DNA of 64,000 nucleotides from Vulcanimicrobiota bacterium (GTDB lineage Bacteria; Vulcanimicrobiota; Xenobia; Xenobiales; JADMJV01): NCBI GenBank assembly GCA_050250895.1, contig JBFWNU010000004.1, positions 686,934 to 750,933 of the forward strand, read 5' to 3'. Shown piece by piece: positions 1 to 9,014 of this stretch (position 1 is its first letter; each line of letters starts with the position of its first letter). The notes under the pieces were generated by a model. It saw only the letters and a program-made list of their open reading frames with translations, ran no database searches and was not told where the DNA came from. The position numbers and the translations under genes were made by a program.

Positions 1-1
1 C

Positions 2-1867
2 GAGGGCCAGACCGGCGAAGTCATGCTCAAGACCGGCGAGGGCCGGGCCCCACCCAGGCAGGCCGAAGACGGGGTCTATCAAGTGAAGGTCGACGCCCCC
101 GAGACGGTCGGCGACACGCCGACCACGATCGAGGTGAAGACCAACGGCAAGCCGGTGGGAGGGGCCACCGTCTACGTGGGAGCGGACATGCCGGGAATGG
201 CCATGGGTCTGCGGCCGGTCAAGGCCAACGAGGTCGAACCCGGACGCTACCAGGCGGCCGTGCCGCTCTCGATGGAGGGGCTGTGGAAGCTGACCGTCGA
301 GGTAGACGGCCCCGAGGGACAGTCGAGCCAGCAGGTCTCGGTAGTGGTCAAGCGGGGGGGTGGCTTTCCCTGGCAATGGGTGGTGCTGCTGGCGACCGTG
401 GTCGCCCTGATCGCCTGGCGCCCGCCCCTGTGGCAGGGGGTGCTGGTGGGATCGCTGGTACTGGTTGCCGTGCTGACCGGTGAGTATCTCGAGCGCTATC
501 GCCCGGCCGACAAGAGCATGGGCATGCAGATGGACATGGCCGCCCCCGACATGGGGATGAACATCTCTGAAATGCAGGCTCCTGTGCCGGTGGTCATCGA
601 GGAAGTCGAGCGCGACACGGTGGACATGACCGTCAACTATACGGGCACGGTCAGGCCGTATCTCGAAGAGACCATCTATCCTCGGGTGGAAGGGTGGTTG
701 TTGGAGCTGCCGTTCTATCCGGGCGACCAGGTCAAGAAGGGCCAGGTGGTCGGTCGCCTCGACGATCGCGAACTCTCGCTCAAGGCACAGAAAGCCGAAG
801 CCAGTGCGGCCGTCAGCCAGGCCCAGGCGCGGGCGGCAACCGCCGGGGCGGCCGGGTCCCGGTCCGCCGTGGAGGTGGCCCGGGCCGAACTCGAGGCTTC
901 ACAAAAGCGAGCCGAACGAGCGCAAGCCGAAATTCACCGCACCGAAGTCGACCTCGATTATTGGCAGGGGGTGTTGCGACGCGAGAAAGAGCTGCTCGAT
1001 GCCGAGGCCGTGTCGCGTGAGGAATACGAAGAGAAAGAATCGCGCTTTGCCACCGCCAAGGTAATGCACCACCACGCCCGGGTGGACCTCGAGCGGGCTC
1101 AGGCCGAGGTCAAAGCGCAGCAGGCGGGGCTTGAGCAAGCCCGGAGTCAGGCCGAAGCGGCCAGTCTGGGGGCCGCCGCCGCCGCCGCCCAGGAGCGCCA
1201 GGCTCGGCTCGAGGCGGCCGAGCGCGAGACCGTAGCCGACTACACCGTGTTGCGAGCTGGCATTGACGGAGTCGTGACCGAACGCATCACCGATCCCGGC
1301 GGGCTGGTCCGACCGGGGACGGGTATCTTGAAGGTGGCCGACCTCGACCAGGTGCGCCTGCAATTTAGCGTCGCCGAAGAAGACCTGCCCTATCTCCGCG
1401 AGGGCACGCGGGTGACGGTGACCTCGCAGGCTCTGCGCGATGAGATAGAGACCGAGGTGACCTCGATGTTTCGAGCGGTCGACGCTCGCTCCCGCACGGG
1501 GCTGGTCGAAGCCCTGGTCAAAAACCCTGGTGGCAGGCTACTGCCAGGCTCTTACGTGGTGGGCGTCTTTGCGCTACGGCGCGAGCGGCATGTGCCGACG
1601 ATCCCGCGAGGTGCGTTGGCCAGCTACTACGGTGAGCCGTCGGTGTGGGTGGCGGTGGAACGGGCCGGGCAACTGGTGTCCCAGCGGCGGCCGATTCGGG
1701 TGGGGGCCGAGAGTGAAGAACAACTGGAGGTGCTCGACGGGCTCGAACCGGGCGACGAGGTGATCGTGGCCGGGCACCAGGGACTGGTCGAAGGTCAGCC
1801 TCTGGTCCGGGCCGAGCGAGGTGAGGGAATCTATCGCAATCTGCTGTTGCCGGAGGCTCCCCGATGA
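2..1867 (+). CDS. RND efflux periplasmic adaptor (membrane fusion protein) with N-terminal YtkA/FixH-like domain and Met-rich linker; probably truncated by the window's left edge
   Basis: Frame is open from base 2. Contains DMPGMAMG...PGRY (YtkA-like), lipoyl-like motifs (PRVEGW...GDQVKKGQ; AGIDGVVTER), a long coiled coil and a C-terminal GLEPGDEVIVAG. ATGA overlap with the permease gene. Confidence 0.9.
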   Translation, partial: EGQTGEVMLKTGEGRAPPRQAEDGVYQVKVDAPETVGDTPTTIEVKTNGKPVGGATVYVGADMPGMAMGLRPVKANEVEPGRYQAAVPLSMEGLWKLTVEVDGPEGQSSQQVSVVVKRGGGFPWQWVVLLATVVALIAWRPPLWQGVLVGSLVLVAVLTGEYLERYRPADKSMGMQMDMAAPDMGMNISEMQAPVPVVIEEVERDTVDMTVNYTGTVRPYLEETIYPRVEGWLLELPFYPGDQVKKGQVVGRLDDRELSLKAQKAEASAAVSQAQARAATAGAAGSRSAVEVARAELEASQKRAERAQAEIHRTEVDLDYWQGVLRREKELLDAEAVSREEYEEKESRFATAKVMHHHARVDLERAQAEVKAQQAGLEQARSQAEAASLGAAAAAAQERQARLEAAERETVADYTVLRAGIDGVVTERITDPGGLVRPGTGILKVADLDQVRLQFSVAEEDLPYLREGTRVTVTSQALRDEIETEVTSMFRAVDARSRTGLVEALVKNPGGRLLPGSYVVGVFALRRERHVPTIPRGALASYYGEPSVWVAVERAGQLVSQRRPIRVGAESEEQLEVLDGLEPGDEVIVAGHQGLVEGQPLVRAERGEGIYRNLLLPEAPR

Positions 1868-4800
1868 AGATCATCCGCTGGTCGGTGGACAACCCGTTCG
1901 CCGTCATCGCCCTCTATCTCGGCCTGTTGGTGGCCGCCTGGATGGCCGCCACGCAGTTGGTGCCCACCCGCATGATGCCGTATGTCGAAAGCCCCATGAT
2001 CGGCATCATCACGCAAGCTCCGGGAATGTCGGCCGAAGAAGTCGAGACCTATATCTCAAAGCCCCTGGAAGAGCGCATGGTCGACATCAGCGGCGTCCGC
2101 TATATCCGCTCCTCTTCCACCCAGGGGATGTCCATCGTGTCGCTGGAGTTTCACTATCGCTACGACATGAAGAAGGCCCTGGCCGATACCCAGAACCAGG
2201 TTACGGCGGCCCAGAGCGACCTGCCCTATGACCCGGCCAACTTGCGTCCGCCCTGGATCTTGCCGATTGATCCCCTCAACCTGCCCGTGCTCAAGCTGGC
2301 CTTGCGGGCTCCCGAGTGGGACCCGGTGGCTCTGCGCGAGTTCGCCGACAACACCCTGGTGACGCGCCTGAAGAACGCCACCAACGTCGAGTCGGTGTAC
2401 GCCTTCGGAGGCTACAAACGCCAGGCTCAGGTGGTGGTGGACCGCGACAAACTGGCCGCCTACGGCCTCTCCATCCTGGCTCTCAAGAAGGCAATCGACG
2501 GGGCCAACCTGGACCGGTCGGCGGGCACCCTGACCTGGATGGAGGGTGAGTCGATCGTGCGTTTGACCGGTCGCTCGCGTGGAGGCGAGGGGCTGGCGGA
2601 GACGGTCGTGGGCGACTTCGGTGGTCGGCCGGTACTGCTGCGCGATGTCGCTCGCGTCGAGGACACCTTCGCCGAGCGGCGCAGCCTCTATCGCTTCAAC
2701 GGCCGCGAGGCCATCGAGGTCAACATCATCCAGCGCCCCGACGCTTCCTCGCCCGAGACCATCGCGGCCGTGCGCCACGAGCTTGACCGAATCCAGAAAG
2801 AGTATCCCAACCTCGAGTTTGAAGAGGCCTACGACAACGCCCACTTCGTCGAGATCATCAAGCACAACATGTTCGAAGAGTTGGCCGTGGGCGTGGCTCT
2901 GACCGGATTGGTCATTTTTCTCTTCCTGGGCGATTTGCGAGGAACGCTGATCGCCCTGGTCACCATCCCCACCAGTCTGGCCGTGGCCATTCTGTTGTTC
3001 GCGCCCTTTGGCTTGTCGCTCAATTCCTCGACTCTGATCGGCTTGTTGCTGGCCATCGGGCGACTGGTTGACGACTCGATCATCGACCTGCACTCGGTGG
3101 CCCGCCATCTCGAGATGGGCAAGACCCCTCGCCAGGCCGCCATCGACGGCTGCAGCGAGGTCCGTCGCTCGGTGATCGCGGCTACCGTCATGATTTGTCT
3201 GGCGATGTTGCCCCTCACCTTCTCGGGCGGGCTGACCCAGGATATGTTCGAGGGCATCGTCTGGCCTTTCTTGTTCTGCCTGGGCGCTTCGCTGGTGGTG
3301 GCTCTGACCCTGACGCCCTTGCTGGCCGCTCACCTCTATCGGGGCGATTCCACCTGGAAAGAGCGGATGGGGCCCTGGTTTGATTTCTTGGGCCGGCTCG
3401 AGAGCGGCTATGGGCGGGTCCTGGGCTGGGCCCTGGGCCATCGCGGGTTGGTGATGGCGGTGGCGGGCGTAGCCGTCTATCTGGCTCTGGCTCTGTTCCC
3501 AGCCATCGGGTATGAAATGATGCCACTGGCCGATGTGGGCCAGGCTTACGCCATGATGGAGGCTCGTCCGGGCACCTCGTTCGCTGAAACGGCCTCGATG
3601 GCCGAGCGTCTCGAGAAGCTCTTGCTCGAACAACCCGAAATCGAGAAGGTCTCGCTGCGAGTGGGCTTCGAGCCGGGCGGAACCTACTTCACCGGCTACG
3701 CCATGGGCGGGGTCAACACGGTCAACATCATGTTGACCTTTAAGGACAAGGAGAAACGCGAGCGCACCATCTGGCAAGTCGTCGATGCTGTCCACGCCGA
3801 GGCCAGGCGCACCATTCCGGGTATTCGCCGGCTGTCGATCAAAGAGATGGGCTCGGACGTCATGGCCTCGGCCATGGCACCGGTTGAACTGCTCATCTAT
3901 GGGCCCGACCTGGAGCGTCTATCGTGGCTTTCTGAGCAGACCAAAGCCATCATGGAGCGAGATTATCCCGATATCGTACAGCCGGCTACCGCCTGGGGCC
4001 TCGACCAGCCCGAGCTGCGTCTAGAAGTCGATCAGAGGCGGGCAGCCGAGCTGGGACTGACTCCCGCCCAGGTGGCTGAACAGGCCTATTACGCCTTAAA
4101 CGGCGGCCTGACGCGAGAGTTCTTCAATCCCCCTCAGGTGCGCCACTCGACCGTGCTGATTCGCTATCGCCAGGACCAGCGGCGCGGCCTCAAAGACCTC
4201 GAAAACGTGATCATTACCGCTGCTGATGGGCGGCGGGTGCCGCTCAAGAGCCTGGCCTCGATCAGCGAAGAGCGGGCACCGGCGGTCATCCAGCGAGACG
4301 GACTCCGCCGGGTCAACTCGGTGCTGGGCTACTACCGGATGGATGGCCCGGGTTCGATGCAACTGACCATGGACGTGATGATGGACAGCCTGATGCAACT
4401 TCCCTACCCGCCTGGCTACGGCATGGAACAGCGCGGCGACATGACCCAGATGATGGATTCGTTCTATCGACTGCTGTGGGGCATGGGACTGGCCCTGTTT
4501 TTCATCTATCTCTCACTGGTGATCCAGTTTCACTCGCTGACGCAACCGCTGGTGATGATGGCCGCCATTCCACTGGAGATGATCGGCGTTTTCGCCGGAC
4601 TTTTCCTGGCTGGCCAGACCTTCTCGACGGTGTCGGTGCTGGGCATCATCGTGCTCAACGGCATGGACGTGACGGCTTCGATTCTCTTGGTGGACCACAT
4701 CCTGCACCTGCGCGCGGAGGGCATCACGCGGGAAGAAGCGGTCCGTCGGGCCGGTCCGGTGCGACTGTTGCCCATTCTCATGACCGTGTTGATCACGATG

Positions 4801-6297
4801 GTCGTCATGTTGCCGGTAGCCCTCTTTCCCAAGACCGGCATGGACGCCTACTCGCCTCTGGCCACGGTGGTGGTGGGAGGCCTGGCCTTTTCGACCATTC
4901 TGACCCTGGTGGTCGTGCCGGTCCTTTACAGTCTGGTGGACGACTTCGAGCAGTGGCTCAAGAGCCGTCTCACCAAAGTCGCCACCGTGAGTCTGGTGCT
5001 GTTGCTGACCCTACCGGTGCTGGCCCAGCCCACCCAGGAAGGCAGCGGCCCGGCCGGCTTTCCCATCTACAAGGGTCCACTCACACTGGACCAGGCGCTC
5101 GGGCTAGGCGTCGAACACAGCCTGCCGCTGGCGGTGGCCAAAAAGCGTCTCGACCTGGCCCAGGCCGATGTGCGCCGGGCGGCCTCGGAGGGACGCCTGA
5201 AGATGTCGGCCGGAGGCTACCTGTTGTGGAGCAATCAGGCCACCATGTGGTCGGCCGCGCCCACCGTCATGCCGGGCCTGATGGCTCCGGTGCCAGGCGA
5301 AGACAGCGCCGTCTTGCGGGCCAACCTGATGTTCCCGCTGTTCACCGGCGGCTTGCTCGAGGCCCGCCTCGAAGGAGCCAGCCAGAGCGAGAAAGCGGCC
5401 ATCGCCGAGGTGGCGCAGGCCCTGCAACTGCTGCAGCACCGTTTGCGCATCGCCTATTACGATGTGCTCCTGGCCGAACAGCAGGTCAGCCTGGCTGACT
5501 GGCGCGTGCGCGAGCAAGAGGAGGCCTTGCGGGTCTTTGAAAAGCAACTAGAAGCGGGGCGGGTGGCTCCTTTCGTGGTCTATCGCGGTCGAGCCGAGCT
5601 GGCCGATGCTCAGCAGCAAGCCAACAACGCTCGCTCGCTCCTCACCACGGCTCGGGCCGGCCTGGCCACCACCATGGGAGTGTCGGTGTCGTCGCGCTTT
5701 CAGCTGGCCGATTTTGACAGCCCCGAAGCTCGGCCCACCGACCTGGCTGGCGACATCGAACTGGCCCTTTCTGACCGGCCCGAGCTGGTAGCCGCCCGCC
5801 ACGGGGTGGCCGCTCAACTCGAGCGGGTGAAAGCCGTCGAGGCCGAGTCTGCGCCTCAAGTCTATCTAGGAGCGCAATATCAGGGAATGGCTTCGCGTGG
5901 GCAGAACTATGATGGCGGATTCTCGGCCGGCCTCAGCCTCGCTCTGCCCATCTTTGACGGAGGCGAACGCCGGGCCCGTCGCGACGCCGCCCAGGCCCTG
6001 GCCGATGTGCGCGAGCTAGACTTGCGCCAGGCCGAACTCGAGGTCACGCGGGCCGTGACCGTGGCTCGCAGCCGTTGGGAGACCGCCGTGACCAACCTTC
6101 GACTGGCTCGCCGCGAGGTCGAGCAGGCCGAAGAAGATCTGCGCATCGCACGCTTGCGCAATCAGGTGGGACGCTCGGTCTATCTCGAAATCCTCGACGC
6201 TCTGGCGGCCACCTCGCGGGCTCGCCTGAACTTGTTGCGGGCTCGCCATCAGGCGGGTAGCGCCTATTCCGAGTTACTCCTGGTGACCGGAGGCTAG
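1864..6297 (+). CDS. AcrB/CusA-family RND permease fused in frame to a TolC-family outer-membrane efflux protein
   Basis: First ~1030 aa have RND motifs (PGMSAEEVE..ISKPLEE, GRLVDDSII, RLLPILMT). Last ~420 aa are TolC-like (LTLDQAL, PLFTGG, LPIFDGG, EILDA). Confidence 0.9.
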   Translation: MKIIRWSVDNPFAVIALYLGLLVAAWMAATQLVPTRMMPYVESPMIGIITQAPGMSAEEVETYISKPLEERMVDISGVRYIRSSSTQGMSIVSLEFHYRYDMKKALADTQNQVTAAQSDLPYDPANLRPPWILPIDPLNLPVLKLALRAPEWDPVALREFADNTLVTRLKNATNVESVYAFGGYKRQAQVVVDRDKLAAYGLSILALKKAIDGANLDRSAGTLTWMEGESIVRLTGRSRGGEGLAETVVGDFGGRPVLLRDVARVEDTFAERRSLYRFNGREAIEVNIIQRPDASSPETIAAVRHELDRIQKEYPNLEFEEAYDNAHFVEIIKHNMFEELAVGVALTGLVIFLFLGDLRGTLIALVTIPTSLAVAILLFAPFGLSLNSSTLIGLLLAIGRLVDDSIIDLHSVARHLEMGKTPRQAAIDGCSEVRRSVIAATVMICLAMLPLTFSGGLTQDMFEGIVWPFLFCLGASLVVALTLTPLLAAHLYRGDSTWKERMGPWFDFLGRLESGYGRVLGWALGHRGLVMAVAGVAVYLALALFPAIGYEMMPLADVGQAYAMMEARPGTSFAETASMAERLEKLLLEQPEIEKVSLRVGFEPGGTYFTGYAMGGVNTVNIMLTFKDKEKRERTIWQVVDAVHAEARRTIPGIRRLSIKEMGSDVMASAMAPVELLIYGPDLERLSWLSEQTKAIMERDYPDIVQPATAWGLDQPELRLEVDQRRAAELGLTPAQVAEQAYYALNGGLTREFFNPPQVRHSTVLIRYRQDQRRGLKDLENVIITAADGRRVPLKSLASISEERAPAVIQRDGLRRVNSVLGYYRMDGPGSMQLTMDVMMDSLMQLPYPPGYGMEQRGDMTQMMDSFYRLLWGMGLALFFIYLSLVIQFHSLTQPLVMMAAIPLEMIGVFAGLFLAGQTFSTVSVLGIIVLNGMDVTASILLVDHILHLRAEGITREEAVRRAGPVRLLPILMTVLITMVVMLPVALFPKTGMDAYSPLATVVVGGLAFSTILTLVVVPVLYSLVDDFEQWLKSRLTKVATVSLVLLLTLPVLAQPTQEGSGPAGFPIYKGPLTLDQALGLGVEHSLPLAVAKKRLDLAQADVRRAASEGRLKMSAGGYLLWSNQATMWSAAPTVMPGLMAPVPGEDSAVLRANLMFPLFTGGLLEARLEGASQSEKAAIAEVAQALQLLQHRLRIAYYDVLLAEQQVSLADWRVREQEEALRVFEKQLEAGRVAPFVVYRGRAELADAQQQANNARSLLTTARAGLATTMGVSVSSRFQLADFDSPEARPTDLAGDIELALSDRPELVAARHGVAAQLERVKAVEAESAPQVYLGAQYQGMASRGQNYDGGFSAGLSLALPIFDGGERRARRDAAQALADVRELDLRQAELEVTRAVTVARSRWETAVTNLRLARREVEQAEEDLRIARLRNQVGRSVYLEILDALAATSRARLNLLRARHQAGSAYSELLLVTGG

Positions 6298-6314
6298 GTC
6301 CACCTCCAAGGCCT

Positions 6315-6884
6315 CTAGAAGAGGCTTTTCACCACGAGCGGTAGCTCAGGTGCGAACAAAGGCGCGACCTGAGACTCGGGCAAGTAGGTCGTGCACGAGC
6401 CAAATCCGAAGCCGAAAGGTTGGTCCGGGTCAGGAATGGGATCCCGATAGACTTCAAGTCGAGAAGACACGACATTGATAATCCAGTAGTCCCTGACGCC
6501 GGCCCGTGCATAAAGGCTGGCCTTCTCTGAGCGATCATAAGCCAGAGTCGAGTCGGCCACCTCTACGATAAGGTCGGCCGAGGTGGGGTGAGGGATCTCC
6601 CCCTCGACGACCGGTGTCAACGCCAGGTCCGGCTCGGGCTGGGAATAGTCAGGAATGTTGAAGGGAAGCTGGACCCGCACATCGTGGCTATCGCCGTAGA
6701 GGCGAATAAATACCTTGGTGCTACGCGTCACCGCACTCGCATGAGGGGTCAGCATCGGAGGCATCGCGATGATCTCTCCTTCGATCAGCTCGACGCGGGA
6801 ATCTTCGGTGAAAACTCCCAGCTCCAACAGTCGCTCGAACGACTCGATGGTCCACCGATGCGTTGTCGCATTGGCCAAGCTCAT
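6315..6884 (-). CDS. Uma2 (DUF820) family putative endonuclease
   Basis: RVELIEGEI..MPP...H, QPEPDL, LIVEVADSTLAYDR..KA.LYA.AGV.DYWIIN. Confidence 0.92.
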   Translation of the reverse strand: MSLANATTHRWTIESFERLLELGVFTEDSRVELIEGEIIAMPPMLTPHASAVTRSTKVFIRLYGDSHDVRVQLPFNIPDYSQPEPDLALTPVVEGEIPHPTSADLIVEVADSTLAYDRSEKASLYARAGVRDYWIINVVSSRLEVYRDPIPDPDQPFGFGFGSCTTYLPESQVAPLFAPELPLVVKSLF

Positions 6885-6966
6885 TAGCTTTGTGTTCGCT
6901 TTCTAGCCTTGTTTTTCCCCCGGCTTTGGGCCAGTCTGGGGGGCAGAAGTTGCGGATTCGGCAGAA

Positions 6967-7051
6967 ATTACAAACTCTTTACATGTCGGCAAACTTGTTT
7001 ACCTTTCTTTTACTTCTCCATCGCCATCAAAGTCGTCACTCGTGCTACTCT
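6967..7051 (+). promoter_or_regulatory. AT-rich promoter region with tandem TTTAC-like direct repeats upstream of the Gly/Cys peptide gene
   Basis: ATTAC 6967 / TTTAC 6978 and TTTAC 6998 / TTTAC 7009 (11-bp spacing). TGc-TACTCT extended -10 candidate at 7043-7051. Confidence 0.45.
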
Positions 7052-7089
7052 AGTGAAGCGACGGGACACCAATTAGGAGAAAATTGAAT

Positions 7090-7293
7090 ATGGCTATTGG
7101 AATTAATGGTATTGGTGGAGTCGGCGCATCCGGTGGCGTCACCGGCGGACAGAACCCGATCCAGCGTTTGCTGCAGGCCCTTCGTTCGGGCCAGGGTGGC
7201 GGCGGCTGCAGCTGTGGCTGTGGCGGCGGAGCCGGCGGCGCGTGTCAATGCGGCGGCAACTGTGCCGCCCGCGCCCAGGGCATTCTGGGCTAA
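7090..7293 (+). CDS. Small Gly/Cys-rich peptide (67 aa, 6 Cys), metallothionein-like C-terminus
   Basis: RBS AGGAG at 7075. MAIGINGIGG...GCSCGCGGGAGGACQCGGNC. Paralogous context at 32471. Confidence 0.75.
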   Translation: MAIGINGIGGVGASGGVTGGQNPIQRLLQALRSGQGGGGCSCGCGGGAGGACQCGGNCAARAQGILG

Positions 7294-7313
7294 TCCTCCA
7301 TTCGCGTAGACCT

Positions 7314-7345
7314 GAAGGTCGAGCATTTGCGTGCTCGGCCTTTCT
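7314..7345 (+). terminator. Stem-loop after peptide gene (partial terminator or 3' stabiliser)
   Basis: GAAGGTCGAGCA-tttgcg-TGCTCGGCCTTT(ct). Confidence 0.6.
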
Positions 7346-7374
7346 GACGTTTCTCATCGAAAGGAGACGATGCC

Positions 7375-8304
7375 ATGAAGAATCCCACCGCCGCCCTCCA
7401 ACAAGCCTTCGGAGAAGCTTCCGAACCCACCACCATCAGAGAACTCTTCGAAGCCCTCGGGGCCTGGTCAGACGGCCAGCTTCAGACGGAAGCCGTCATC
7501 GGTGGTATCGAGGCCATGCTTGCCAAACTAGAGCAGGCGGCCCAGGCCACCCGCGATGACCTGCTCCGGCAGAGTCACCTGGAAGCGGGTCTGAAAATCC
7601 CCATAGAGCATTCCTTGACCGCCTACGAAGATTTGCATGCGGTCCTGGTTGAACTCGAACAAGGCATCAAAGAAGGTCACACGGACCAGGTCGAGTCCGC
7701 CTTCGAGGGCTTGAGCGCGGCCGCAGAGGACCTCGCCGAAGCCCAGCAACAGATGGAAGAGTGGTTGGCCGACCCATCGGCTCGCTGTCTTCGCTGTGGC
7801 GAGAGCCTGGCTGACCCGTGTCCTAATTGTGGCCTGGAACTGCTGCGGCCGGATCGCCACTCGGCCTTTGGAGATGCCTTCGAGACTTCGATTCTACCGG
7901 CCGAATTCTCCGAGGTCGCGGCCCGCCTACAGCAAGTGCTCTCGGGCCAGCGAACCTTGAGCACCCTCTGGCCCTCTTTGACCCACCTGCAGAGCCTGCT
8001 GTGCAATTATCAGGCGGCCGCCCAGGCGGCTTCGCGCGAGCACGACTCGCCCACCCTCATCGATTTTGTCCTGGCTATCGACGAAGCCCTGGCTGGGATC
8101 GAGCTGATGAATCGGTGCGTCCAGACCAGAGCCACCGCCGATCTGCGAGCGGGATGGCGAACCACCTTCGAGGCCGGAAAGCGTGTGACCGACGGTCGAC
8201 GCGAGCTGCTCGGGGAATTCGCAAGCCCGGACGAAGCTCTCGATTCAGTCCCCAGCCCGACGTTCGACAGCGTCTTTCTGAGCGACTCGAGTAAAGGTTT
8301 TTGA
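7375..8304 (+). CDS. Hypothetical helical protein with central double CxxC zinc ribbon
   Basis: RBS AAGGAG. CLRCG...CPNCG. Paralog of 32778..33683. Confidence 0.85.
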   Translation: MKNPTAALQQAFGEASEPTTIRELFEALGAWSDGQLQTEAVIGGIEAMLAKLEQAAQATRDDLLRQSHLEAGLKIPIEHSLTAYEDLHAVLVELEQGIKEGHTDQVESAFEGLSAAAEDLAEAQQQMEEWLADPSARCLRCGESLADPCPNCGLELLRPDRHSAFGDAFETSILPAEFSEVAARLQQVLSGQRTLSTLWPSLTHLQSLLCNYQAAAQAASREHDSPTLIDFVLAIDEALAGIELMNRCVQTRATADLRAGWRTTFEAGKRVTDGRRELLGEFASPDEALDSVPSPTFDSVFLSDSSKGF

Positions 8305-8687
8305 TGACCCGTCAAGAAGTCAACAGAGCAGTGATCGCTTCCACCCGCAAAAGAATCGCCTATCTTCTTTTGTTCTGCCTCACCGCTTTCGGAGTCTTCG
8401 CGATTCACACCACCAGCGGTCATTTCTTCTGCTGCGGCAAGGTCGTGTGCGACGACTGCGGGCCCACTTGCCTGCTCGAGTGTCAAGCCGCCAAGCCCCT
8501 GCCTGCCGCCATGCAAGACAGCCTGCCGAGCGAAACAACGGTGGCCGTCCCCATTCGGTTGGAGTGGGCCTACCTCTTTTCGCAGATTCAGCCCCACCCG
8601 CCCTCTCCCGAGGCCGAGCCAGAACTCGCCCAGGAGTATACCTTGGCGCGTTGTGGCTTAGGCGATCTTCCCCCTCCCGCGCTCTAG
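8304..8687 (+). CDS. Small exported/membrane Cys-His-rich protein (DUF2946-like appearance)
   Basis: TGATG coupling to the upstream gene. Basic-then-hydrophobic N-region, HFFCC..CDDC...C...C, C-terminal LPPPAL. Confidence 0.55.
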   Translation: MTRQEVNRAVIASTRKRIAYLLLFCLTAFGVFAIHTTSGHFFCCGKVVCDDCGPTCLLECQAAKPLPAAMQDSLPSETTVAVPIRLEWAYLFSQIQPHPPSPEAEPELAQEYTLARCGLGDLPPPAL

Positions 8688-8862
8688 ACGGCTTGAGCTA
8701 ACCTGCCGTTTCCTCGGTATGAAAGCTTCATACCCGCTGGATTCGTTTGGCTCAAACAGAGAATTGGCCCCCGTCTGGAGTTGCCCGTCGCAAGGCTCAC
8801 AGTCGGGGGCCTCTCCAGAATTTCTAGAAGAAGCGCCCCCCGCCCCCTTTTAACCTTTCATT

Positions 8863-8979
8863 TTGTCAGGAGGTTACAGCCATCTCCTCCTGGCAGCCGC
8901 CGCAAGGCGGAGGTGTCGGAGGCTTTCCCTTTCGTGCGTTTCCGACACCGGCCGGACCCTCTCGAGGGTCCGGTTTTTT
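8863..8979 (+). ncRNA. Candidate small RNA: four consecutive hairpins ending in an intrinsic terminator
   Basis: TAACCT -10 at 8851. Stems 8864-8895, 8897-8910 (GCAA tetraloop), 8912-8949, and 8950-8975 followed by a T-run. Confidence 0.55.
8950..8979 (+). terminator. Rho-independent terminator
   Basis: GGCCGGACCCT-ctcg-AGGGTCCGGTT-TTTT. Confidence 0.8.
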
Positions 8980-9014
8980 ACCTCCTGCCTGAGGACTCAC
9001 TCCCGCCGCCCCCA

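Noticed and set aside
2056-3795. 579-aa antisense ORF, and similar ones at 15058, 27344, 34978, 37300, 46672 and 60871
   Set aside because: These are shadow ORFs opposite well-supported genes, as expected from high-GC codon bias.
8766-8819. HDV-like ribozyme or H-type pseudoknot
   Set aside because: It lacks P1.1/P4/J4-2 elements, and the 0-1 nt linkers make simultaneous pairing implausible.
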